A stretch of 64,000 bases of DNA from Octopus sinensis (taxonomy: Eukaryota): positions 97,464,001 to 97,528,000 of the forward strand of contig NC_043001.1 of NCBI RefSeq assembly GCF_006345805.1, given 5' to 3'. Shown piece after piece: positions 52,161-64,000 of the stretch (the stretch's first letter is position 1; each line of letters begins with the position of its first letter). A program made the position numbers and the translations under genes. The notes beneath the pieces are model-generated. The model saw nothing but the letters and a program-made list of their open reading frames with translations, had not been told where the DNA came from and ran no database searches.

Positions 52161-53508
52161 CTTAACGGAACTTAGATATTTATTACACTTTTCGTAGAAT
52201 CAGAAGACAACCTTTGAAGACCCGGAATAGTATAAAAGATCAAATGCGCAATAAATGTAAGAAAAAAATGAAAACTTACTAACGATATTTATTAGTGAAA
52301 GTATTTTGAAAAATGGCAGACAGACCAGCATTATTTCAATTTACAAACAGATTAAATAATTAGATCATTTGTTGATTAATTTTAAATATTGTTTTTATCT
52401 TTTGCTTCTGCGTCTTTCTTTCGTTGGCTTTCGATCTTTTTTTTTCATTTTTTTTTACAATTATATTTTTTTTTGTTTCCTGAATATCAAGATTTCGCTT
52501 GAAATTAGCAATTGAGTGCAGTTGTAATATAATTAATACTATCGAGTGAATTATTAGGTAATTAAACTAGCTGCATGATTAGCTTTTATATTACGACATT
52601 TAGGTAATTATATTTAAATAAGAAATTAACTTGCGGTATCAAGATCTGTAGTATTTCTCTTTTTCATCTTGACAGCAATTATTTCATGTTACAGAATAAA
52701 GTTTAACTGATTGTTTTCATTCCATATATGCGAGAACCTATACATCAAAGCGCTATGAGGTCGCATGCTCGCAGCTGTTAGAACACCTCAGTATATGAAC
52801 CTTAAAATACAACAAAATGCATGTTAGCACATCATATCTTTGTATATTAATACTGAATCGTACGACCTCGCGATTAACTATTTACTCATACGCAGCTATG
52901 TTTTTTGCCATGCACTCAAGGCATGATCAATATAGAAGTATTTCAGCAGCTTTCTTGCATCTGGCACCCATAGAAAAGCCCAAATAGTTCATAAAGCACT
53001 ATACATATGGGGTACATAGTATTCAGCATATGGATGTGTGCGAAGGTATTAACCTAGGTATATATGCATGCAAAAGTGTGCATCGGTATATAAAAGTGAA
53101 GGTGTATTCCCTTACTATCTCTATCCTTATTTTCCTTCTTCTTTTTTCTTTCTTTTCTTCATTCCTCTCTTCCATACTTTTTTCTCTTTCTTTTCTCTTT
53201 TTTCTCTTTTTTTTCTTTTTTTATTCTATCTTTATTCCTTTCTTCCTCGTTTTCGATTTGACCTTACTAATACATTCCCTACTTTTAGGTCACTTTAAAT
53301 AAATTCCTTGATTCAATAACACTGTATATAAAGCCTATACTTTAAATACTATTAGATTTTACTCATAAGGTATTGGAATCTTGTATGTATATCATTCTGC
53401 CTAAATAATGGATCTACAAATACAACTTCCCTGCATATCTCACATCTATTTTCATTCCTCCACCTCACTCTCCGTTTCGTATCTTATCTAAATTAACTAT
53501 TGCTAACC

Positions 53509-53557
53509 GTCTCCGATGAAGGTATATAATAAATATCTTAGAAACAGCTGTTAAGAC
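53509..53557 (+). ncRNA. Degenerate hammerhead-like motif
   Basis: GTCT-CCGATGA-AGGTATA..TATCTTA-GAAA-CAGCTG-T-TA-AGAC; palindromic stem III ACAGCTGT; U4 replaced by C, with one extra base at the cleavage site. Confidence 0.45.
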
Positions 53558-54101
53558 CTTCTATTAAAGAATAGTCTAAAATCTACACAGGTTTGTTTTT
53601 TTCATGTCTTTACGGAAAAAAAGTATATATATATATATTTATATATGCTCACACACGCACACACACACACACAGTGTATCTATTGAAATAACTTTACTGA
53701 GATAGCAAAAACAAGAACGCTCTGGATATAATGTGTAGTTTCAATTAAATATAATTATTTTAATTAATTAATGTGTTCAGTAGTAATAACTGTGGAACTT
53801 GTCATACATTGGAGGCCTGGGAACAATAACTTAGTTTTATAAAAAAAGAAATTCCGCGTCTTTAGGCAAATATTGCAGGAAACCAAGCATCCTGTGTTTA
53901 AATATAGGGATTTCGAATTTATAATAGGATCACAACACCTTCAGATACTTTGCAATGGATTTTGATTTGGGAAAAGAAAAGATGCTTTACATGTGTAATC
54001 ATAGTGTATTTATTGACATGTGAATACGCAAGATGACTAGAATTCATGGAACAATAAAAATTAGTCATTACTTTGTCACTTTCTATAATATTGTGCTAGT
54101 T

Positions 54102-54390
54102 GAGGCGCAATGGTCCAGTGGTTAGGGCAGCGGACTCGCGGTCGTAGGAGGCAGTTTTGATTCTCAGACCGGGCGTTGTGAGTGTTTATTGAGTCAAAAG
54201 ACCTAAAAGCTCCACGAGTCTCCGGCAGGGGATGGTGGCGATCTCTGCTGTATCTTTTCTCTCACTCTTTATTCTCTTGGCCTGCTCGTTTAGCCAGCGG
54301 CGTGGCGTCATTTGAAGGCTAAAACAATGCGAAGCGCATTGTGACCAGAGTTGTGTAGCAACATCTGGTCGGTCACGTAATCACGTGATA
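54102..54390 (+). mobile_element. SINE family B, full length
   Basis: GAGGCGCAATGGTCCAGTGGTTAGGGCAGCGGACTCGCGG head; body matches 14308-14553. Confidence 0.85.
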
Positions 54391-55603
54391 ATATTGTTCT
54401 AGTACCATATGCTTCATTTCCTTGTGGGTATTTCCCATCTAAATTAATATTATACGACAGTAAGTTTATTTTGTTTGGTCACACATCCTTCACACTCACT
54501 GTGAAATTGTGATAGTAATATATTTTCCTTTCGTCTCAATGTCTATGTATTATTTAAGTAAACCTGATATCGCATTTACGCCTCTTGAAAAGGCTGTGTG
54601 AATCTTTGGCAGTTATAGCTTATAGCAACAATATCTTGGCAAAATTTTATCTGCATCATAGTTCGACCTTCATATCAATATAACAGTATATGTATCAACG
54701 AATGTAATAATATATATGCCTCCGGCTATATATTTCTATATGTGTGCGTATTTATAAGGGAGACCCTTATTGTAGAAGAATTTTGTAATGTCAAATAAGG
54801 GCAACGCAAGCATTGCATCATTTGTATTTTATTCTATATCCAACAATGATTATATTAATGTACATAAATACGAAGTGAGCTGTGTGGCCTTTATCATCAT
54901 ATAACATACTAGAATAAACATCATTTTCGACAAATCAATTCATTTACACAATAAGGCCGACAAGAATAGAAGTTTGTTTCTTATATTTCCCATGTCGTTG
55001 CCATAAATATGTAACAACACACATAAGAATAAATTGTCTATACATACAACTATGTATGGACTATTAAAGTAGTCTATATATGCCGGGTATAGGAGAAAAC
55101 GTTATCTGATTTCGAATGATGGTTGTACGCACTTCATAAACATTATTATTATTCCTGAGCTGACTCAAACACTTTGGGTGGAATAGGAAAGAATGCCTCT
55201 TCTGTTATCCATGATTTGAACTGTGTTATTTTTGCTTCATAAATATGATCCATCGCATGATATTCTGCTGCACGTACTGCCTTTCTCTTCGTTGTGTTTC
55301 CCAAGTCCTCATGCTTTAAGCTACTACCACACCAGTGTGGAGAATCTCGGTTTTTTTTCATTCAATTTACTGCAATATTTTCTGAATTCAACTGTATGAG
55401 AAATAAATTCGACCTAGATGACATTTGAAATCAAGCGTAAACTATTATATGGAATTAAGGGTATAGACAGCATGTCTGGTGAGTTGCCGAGATTTTATTC
55501 GTAAAACATTGCTTATTGCAATAAATGCACAATGCATATAGGTATTCACATATACGTGTGTGTCGATGTATATATGTATATATATATATATTTATATACA
55601 CGA

Positions 55604-55685
<82 letters not shown>

Positions 55686-56266
55686 TATATATACAGTGTA
55701 CCGTTCTGTGATGATAAGATCAGCCCAAAAATACCCCATCTGGTCAGAGATAAATATTATTCAATAAACGCAATAAAAGGTGGAATATTGAAACGCCGGA
55801 AAACGAAAAAGAAAACAGACAGAAGCAAAACGTTAGTTCCTTTTAAAAACATAGTGGTCTAGAGTCTGCAGCACAGCTGTTCAAACTAGAGACGGTGGTA
55901 CTTTCCAGTTCCTCAACAAGAACCTAGCCACATGTTTACAAATGCTGATATTTTCGAATCTAAAACTCAACAGTGTCATAGAGTTCTTAGGTCTGAAAAA
56001 TATCTAAGTTCTTACCGTTACGCATGGCTTACATTTACGTAGTTCGTTAATACATGTTGTGCATATTCCGACTATTTCCCAATTCATCACATGCGGTGTG
56101 GCCTTTGACTTCAAACCACACACCTGGCTAGCTAAATTAGTAGATTAACTTCTTTCTGTTTTCTTAGTTACTACCAAGAGTAGTAACTGAAAAGATGTAT
56201 TGTGTTTATTAAATAACACAGACAGTCAGACATATACGTATGTATGTACATGTGCGTGCTTGTGGG

Positions 56267-56600
<334 letters not shown>

Positions 56601-59379
56601 ATCAGGCAGTAAGAGAGTTTCCTGATTTCTGCAATATGGTTTTTCTTTCTTTCAGTTACAGTCTCGTCATGACAATGTGTATAGTTGGTTTTGCTGGAGT
56701 CAGAGGAATTTTAAGTGCAAAATTCCAAGGTATTTAGTTGGGACTCTTGAGCAAATATTCTGATTGAATAATTAACTAAATATTACACACGAGCGCACAG
56801 GCATATATATACACCTACTTTTATGTGTATCAGTGTATGTGTTTGTGTGTGTGTGTGAGTGTGTGTGTGTGTGTGTGAGAGAGAATGTGTGTGAGTGCGA
56901 GTGAGCATGTAGGTACATGCATATATAGGTACTTATTAATATTCATTATGTCACGTACGACTAACTACACCGATGTCAATGAGAATGCTGCATTTGAGAA
57001 TACTGTTTGCGTGTAATTCAAATTGCCATTAGAGAGGAGTAAGCGGAAAACTTTGGGTACAGCTTTAGATCCAAGTTCTTAATCGCCACCTTGTGCTATA
57101 TTACGTGTACAGCTCTTTGTATCAGCTTTAATCCGTCCTATATCCATCAAAGACGGGGATCAAAAACTTTTTAAAAGTTTTAATCAATTAATTATTATTG
57201 AAAATACGAATGGTTACTGTAGCTCAAAGAAATATGCACTGCTAGCTATCTTTATATAACAAATTTTACACAGAATAAGAGAAAATAACCAAAACAACAT
57301 ACATGAAATCAACGAATATTTAACTTATAAAAACTAATTTTCTCCAAATTGTTTTCACTTCCTCTCATACGCCAGACTCCTCTTCTCCCGATTGGGTTTG
57401 ATACACTTTCTCTTTCTAAACCCCATGACAAATCTTAAAATAATTATTACTTTATTTTTAGAGTCTTTTCCAACAATATAATTCTCAGGTGAATATGTTA
57501 GTTGTAGATTGGTAAATCTTTATATGTCTCCTGTGCACAATTATGCTTGTTCTAAGTCACAGAAAATCGTTGTTTCTTATTTCATTTCAAGCTGATTTGA
57601 AACATAAGAAACAATAATTTTGTCGTGATCGAACAACCCAAACTGTATTAACGTTTTCGTTTGCTGTATTTTTTTTACGTTCTCCTTATTGATATTAGCT
57701 GCACATTTCTTAATCTAAATTACCTCATCTGTATTTCAAGTCAAACAGAAAGTTCATTCTGTGTTATTTCTAAAATAAGAGCAAAAAAATTTTTTTAAAG
57801 CAACTCCTCGAACATTAAATCAAGTTCTTTTTTTTACCACTGAATCATTGTTTTAGCAATGCAGTCACTACCTGCCGCTAATAACATTCTCGCGTCACCG
57901 AAATAAGCTTTTGTTTATTTATGTCGAAATTTTATGAAACTCATTTACACATTTAAGGACTATATAATTTATTGTTTTAACTCAAAAGTTTCCTAAACTC
58001 ATCCACATATCTTACAAATTAGATTAAGGATGGACAATAAAGCACATATAGTTAATTAATCATCCACTAAATATATAATTGCCTGTAGTCTATTCAGAAT
58101 GTATAGTGGGTTTGAAAATACCTCAGTTTAAAGTGATATACCTTCTTGAAATAATTATCACAGTACATGAATTGTTTCATTAATTAATCTTAAAAACATT
58201 ATACGTCATCACTTTTATCTTTAAACTTAATCGATTTGACAATGGAAACACCAGCAACAAATTTTTGACGGTAGTCATTCACGAACATTATATAGGAGCA
58301 CTGACACTTAAATTAATAAGCGTTAAATGATTTGTTAAACAAATATTGCATTTCTACTCAATAAATATAAGAAAGAGACGACTAGTTAATCTAGAGACCA
58401 ACATTTTGGATGAACTGACACAGGACTGGTTCGTGGTATATTCGCATACAAAGGACGTAAAGAACCTCTGAATTGTACCTGCTGAAGATTTACAGAATCA
58501 AATGAGCATTTAACGCACGTAATTCTCCCGAGATTTTGCCCTTGTGATCAATATATAGTAATTAATGTTCTTTGAGAAAGATTAATAAGCAGAAATACTT
58601 ATCTGATATATAGTAATATAATAATATCTTTATAAGTTACGTAATGTCTCCACGCTATACTAGAAGCCTGAGACAATAAATGTTTGAATATTATAATCGT
58701 TTAGAACGCATTCCTCAACTTGTATTTAAACGTTTATATATTTTTGACTAACACTAATGCTCTCGTATTTTCAGCAACAAAATAAGAATTCATCGCTGCT
58801 AATGCGATTCTAAATGCATTAATTGCATCATGCAACAATCAGAATGATGCGCTAGTTTTAAGACGCCTATTGCTTACAACTTCTAAACGTTAGGGTTTAG
58901 CTAAATGGTAAACACAATAATAGCAACGACAGCTATAAATAACGCATATAGATTTACCAAGTCAAACGTAATCCCATAATATATAATTATGATTGACTTA
59001 GCTTAAAACCCTTTGGTTTGGGAGACAATAATTTGAAAATGAAGAACATAGCGTTCCGAATAGAATTAACAGCGAATATTTCGTGGAATCATAAGAGAAA
59101 AGACCAAAGCAGAAACAATAAATCATTTGCATATTTAGAATTAGATGTGAATATTTATATACAAAATATTCAATGAAATCAAAGGTAGTCCAGCGTTTAA
59201 ATGAAACATTTATACTATTTTGCTGTTAGAGGTTTTACTGTTACACTTCCCAGAGGAAACTCTTCCTTTTATAAACACATAAAACAAACGTTGCATGGAG
59301 GATTGCTTTTATAACTAGAATATTCTCCTCATATATTTCTGAATCCCTACTCATACATAGGAAAATGAGTTAACAAATG

Positions 59380-59880
59380 TTTCTTATTTCTTTAATGCCA
59401 ACAGGGGGCTAAACATAGAGGGGACAAACAAAGACAGACAAAGGGATTACGTCGATTATATCGACCCCAGTGCGTAACTGGTACTTAATTTATCGACCTC
59501 GAAAAGATGAAAGGCAAAGTCGACTTCGGCGGAATTTGAACTCTGAACGTAGCAGCAGAGTAAATACGGCTAAGCATTTCGCCCGGCGTGCTAACGTTTT
59601 TGCCAGCTCACCGCCTTCAAATATGTCTGTCCCTTGTTGAGTAGGTATTATTTAACAGAGATTTAATATTGCGTGAAGTCAAGGCGGCGAGGTGGGAGAT
59701 TCTTTGACACACTACGCAAAACCATTCGGGGTATTCTAAGTTTAACTTCCGACAAGGACGTCTTTGTGTTTTAACCTTTCAGAGTCGATAACATTAACAA
59801 AAGCTGAGCACCGGGGCCGATATCATCGACTTTACTCCTCACTCGAAATTTCTGGCCTTCAGTTAAAATTTAAAACCAAT
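59380..59880. mobile_element. SINE family A copy (-, 59380-59618) head-to-head with an older related copy (+, 59681-59880)
   Basis: Standard family A core on minus; degenerate AAGGCGGCGAGGTGG head on plus. Confidence 0.75.
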
Positions 59881-59981
59881 ATTGTGTAACGTCTCATTTG
59901 GTTAATTTCCCTCTCGTTCTTTTGTCTAGAGTTCATGAATAGAAATTCTGTAACGAGAATATGATCTGAATGCTGGATGTA

Positions 59982-61262
59982 CGAGGGGCTTTCAATAAGT
60001 AATGCCTCTGACCCATTTGCAGTTGTTTGATCTAGCTGCAATTTTGCACGTGCAATTGCCTATATCTCTATAGATTGAGTGGCAAATTACAGCTCTGAAC
60101 TAATTGTGGTTTCTGATTTACAGGCGTTTGAACTGAGTCAAGTGTGAAACGGGGCCTGTTGAGTGTCGAGCAGTGATGCGGTGTTTGTATTTGAAAGGAC
60201 GCACACCACGGGAGACTTTTGATGAAATAAAAGTAACTTATGGTGATGATGCCCCATCATATGCCCTTGTAAAACGCTGGCATCGTGAATTCAAACATGG
60301 TCGGAACTCTGTGGAAACAGCTCCCAGATCTGGTCGCCCCCTTCTGCCATTGATGAGGCATCTGTCCGTCAAGTTGAGGCTGCCAATTTGGAAGATCGAC
60401 GCATAACTATTCGCCAAATAGCCCATGATGGCACGATTAGTACCGGGTCTGTGGAAACTATCATTCATGACCATTTGCATATGCAAAAGGTGTCTGCCAG
60501 ATGGATTCCCAGGCTGCTCACACCTTTCCAGAAGCAAGAACGCGTCGATAGCACGAGGATGAATTTGAAGATGTGCCAAGAAGATGAGTCAAAATTTTTC
60601 AAAAGACTGATTACACAGGATGAAACCTGGGTCCATCACTATGATCCAGAGACCAAAGCCCAGTCAATGCAGTGGAAGCACCGTGACTCACCACCTCCAA
60701 AGAAGGCAAGGGTGCAGCCCTCCGCTGGCAAGGTCATGCTCACAGTCTTCTGGGACCAGGACGGAGTAGTGATGACAGATTTCTTGGCAAAGGGTGCCAC
60801 AATTACAGGAGTCTATTATGCTTCACTTTTGAGGAAATTAAGAGAAGCTATCAAAATCAAGAGGCGGGGCAAGATCAGCAAAGGCATCCCCCTCCTGCAG
60901 GACAACGCTCCGATCCACAACTCGCGTGTCGCCAGATCAGAAGCACAGGCGTGCGGCTATGAACTCATCCCCTATCTCCTGACCTGCACCCTCTGATTTT
61001 CACCTCTTCCCAGCCATGAAGTTGTTTTTGAAAGGAAAGCGTTTCCCAGATGATGCAGCCTTGATTTCTGAAGTCACGTCGTGGTTGGAGGACCAAGCTG
61101 GGGTCTTCTACAAAAACGGTCTTCAGAACTGCATCAAACGATGGGAGAAATGCGTAACTCTGGGTGGTTCCTATGTAGAAAAAGACTAATAACGGTGCCA
61201 AGTTTCGTTGCTCTACTGCTATGGGAAGTGGGTCAGGGGCATTACTTATTGAACGCCCCTCG
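59982..61262 (+). mobile_element. Full-length mariner (Tc1/mariner, DD34D; irritans/Hsmar2-like) with TIRs and TA TSD
   Basis: Left TA|CGAGGGGCTTTCAATAAGTAATGCCTCTGACCCA; right reverse complement TA|CGAGGGGCGTTCAATAAGTAATGCCCCTGACCCA; 1281 bp. Confidence 0.95.
60149..61189 (+). pseudogene. Mariner transposase, frameshifted
   Basis: HTH region ...RSGRP, WIPRLL, ITQDETW, LQDNAP, YSPDL-PSDF; probable start ATG changed to ACG at 60149; frameshift at about 60340; deletion removing HPP at about 60970; C-terminus GGSYVEKD* at 61187-89. Confidence 0.92.
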
Positions 61263-62549
61263 TATTAACAAAGCAAAATCTCACTGAAATGACAATGAAT
61301 ATTTGATAAGAGAGACAAAAAGAAAAAAAGCATCTTCAATTCACCAAAATGATGACCAAAACAGTGGGGGAACAACTGAATATTTTTCTTTTTAACATAA
61401 ACTAGCACTTTTCAGATTGAGCTAGAATTAACTAAATACCAAATAGATTATATAACTGTTTTGATGTCTACTGAAGATCTGATGGAATCATATCTGTAGT
61501 CATGTTAACTAATTTTCATCCAATTAGAAGAAAGCAAGCAGAATGCGAAAAATAAAGATTTCAAAGAATTATTTAAATGTGAGTATCTGAAGAGATATTA
61601 ATCTGGTGGGTGCTATGCAATGCAAATTTTCCTCTTTTCTCCTTGTCAACTTTATTATGAACCGTTAGCAAACGAAATACCTTCATGATACCAGGTTTTC
61701 GGTATCCGATGGCTTGTCTACTTCCTTTGGGAATCGCAAAAATGATGCAGACACTTCTGATAAGAACCCAATAAGGTTTGAAAATCTTTTAAGGTGGCTC
61801 ATAATTTTCGCTGGGTGTACTCCCGCATGGCCGCAGTGTTGGGGTCGAAATGTATATAAAAATACAAGAATATAAGAATAGTAGAATATAATGACTATTT
61901 AAATCATGTTAAACTAAATTGAGAGGGTCATTGCACGAATAACAATAAAGACACGCACGACTTCAATTTCACATTTTAATCGACTAATCGGTCGTTTGGT
62001 TAATCTTTTTTTAGGCAATCAATCAATAGTTTGCGATATTCCTTTCTTTCTCGACATCACCGATGACGTGACCAATCTCCCCCAAATCTGTTTTTAGTTT
62101 GGCGTAATGATCTTCCAGGATAAAAATATGATTTGTTTCAACATAGAAGTTCACATCAAAAATCTTGAAATACCATTAAAAAATAAAAATAAAAAAATAA
62201 GGTATGAATTGAAAGACCTTTCAAAGACCTATTCAAAGGAAACTACGGAGTGGCAGTGTTTTTGTTTGGTCATTCGGTTTCGGACTAGTCAATAGATGAA
62301 CATGTTGCTATTAATCGCTTGGAAATATAGTGAAATATGTCATGTCTGGTTTGTGTCGGATTTACTTTCATTCTGTGTATGAGCGAGTTAGTGTCTGATG
62401 CTATCTTTGGGACAATGATTTCCTCCATATATTTTGACAATGATATATTTCTAAAATATATAAAAACATTATTCAGAGCCGCATATTTTCTTCAGAAAAT
62501 ATTAGACACTTTTAGACATCTACGTAAAAGGATAAATTAAAAGTTATGT

Positions 62550-62598
62550 GATCTATCTATCAATCTGTCTGACTGTCTATCTGTCTGTCTGTCTATCC

Positions 62599-62678
<80 letters not shown>

Positions 62679-62704
62679 CTCTCTCAGTATATATATATAT
62701 ATAG

Positions 62705-62736
<32 letters not shown>

Positions 62737-62743
62737 ATATATA

Positions 62744-62779
<36 letters not shown>

Positions 62780-62977
62780 TGTATGTATGTATGTGTGTGT
62801 ATGGATATATACTATTTTTAAAGCTGCAAAATTATCGCAAACATTCCTATTCAAATTTTCACGTTCCCGTTCATCGGACAGGTGTGATAAAGGTTTCTAG
62901 CATAATACTCTACATTTGCTAAACAAGTACTATTTCTTCTTCCTCGTTTTGGGCTCAACTGTATACATATGTATATA

Positions 62978-63054
<77 letters not shown>

Positions 63055-63180
63055 AGCCCCACAGCGTGGCATCTTAGGCACGTGTCTTACTCTATAGAAT
63101 CGGGGCAACCAAAGGCCTTTGAGTGGATTTAGTAGACGGAAACTGAAAGAAGCACGTCGTATGTACATATATATGTATAT

Positions 63181-63236
<56 letters not shown>

Positions 63237-63310
63237 GTGTGTGTGTGTGTGTGTGTGTGTCTGTCTGTGTGTGTGTGTGTGTGTGTCTGTGTGTGTGTGT
63301 ATGTATATAT
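62550..63310. repeat. Compound microsatellites (TCTA, TA, TATG, TG) surrounding a SINE family D 5' fragment (+, about 63052-63172)
   Basis: Direct reading; GAGTGGATTTAGTAGACGGAAACTGAAAGAAGC is the family D motif. Confidence 0.85.
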
Positions 63311-63634
63311 ACACTGTAAGTCTATAGGGATAAAGCAGTACAAGCGGATACAGTGGTAGTTCTCAGGGTTGCGTATTCCTGAATAAGTCACTGACCGAAA
63401 TATATGGATATATTGTTTGGGAAACTACTATTTACTCGTTTAAGGGATGTACATAATACGTTGCGAAAATAACTCCTACAGTTCAAATGCTAAGAAATAG
63501 GCATACTCAATTTGATTTTTACCAAATAAATTAGGAAAATTAATGGGTTATTCCTCTTGACTATATATAAAGTTCCCTTCGAGGTACGAATGGGTTTTTC
63601 CCTTGGTTTTAAAAAAATAATATATATATCATAT

Positions 63635-63715
<81 letters not shown>

Positions 63716-64000
63716 GTATATAAAGATTCCTTCCTGGGATCCTATTATCGATTTTTTTCCAATGATCTGAGTATGCTACAAGGTGTCCATACATGAGTAC
63801 TACTCACGCATGAAGTTTCATCAAAATCGATAAAACGATGTATGAAGAGTTAGCTAATAACTCCACAAACATATCCACAGGCAGAATGTCCCGCACATAT
63901 ATATATATGGGTGTGTGTGTGTGTGTGGGTGATATGTTTCTAAGGAGAATGAGAAAGGGACGAATGCAGAGCGTTGGAATTAAACTGAACTGTAATTCAA

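Noticed and set aside
61680-62460. Two exon-like segments on minus (about 61680-61755 and 62370-62454)
   Set aside because: Splice phases do not join with each other or with the 55.3-kb candidate; no recognisable protein.

Overview
AT-rich animal genomic DNA dominated by repeats. The SINE set and very high microsatellite load suggest a coleoid cephalopod such as Octopus; this is inference only. No host protein-coding gene can be confidently called, and almost all long ORFs in the track are microsatellite artefacts. Supported elements: three decayed CR1/L2-group LINE fragments, two R4/Dong-like REL-endonuclease LINE fragments, a full-length but frameshifted mariner with TIRs and TA target duplication (59982-61262), an internally deleted hAT/Buster-type transposon (30868-32742), a non-autonomous Helitron-like element, a foldback element with 143-bp arms, many tRNA-derived SINEs of about four families, and a 2.2-kb 26-bp-unit minisatellite with a higher-order duplication and an internal inversion. 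The most interesting signal is invisible to the ORF track: up to eight type-I minimal hammerhead-ribozyme-like motifs from several unrelated small elements. The best (3054-3126) has a canonical core and lies in a 404-bp-period unit with a perfect 111-bp terminal redundancy, a candidate retrozyme or Penelope pseudo-LTR. One SINE family also shares a structurally covarying 3' tail with the CR1-like LINE. All structures were folded by eye, not computed.
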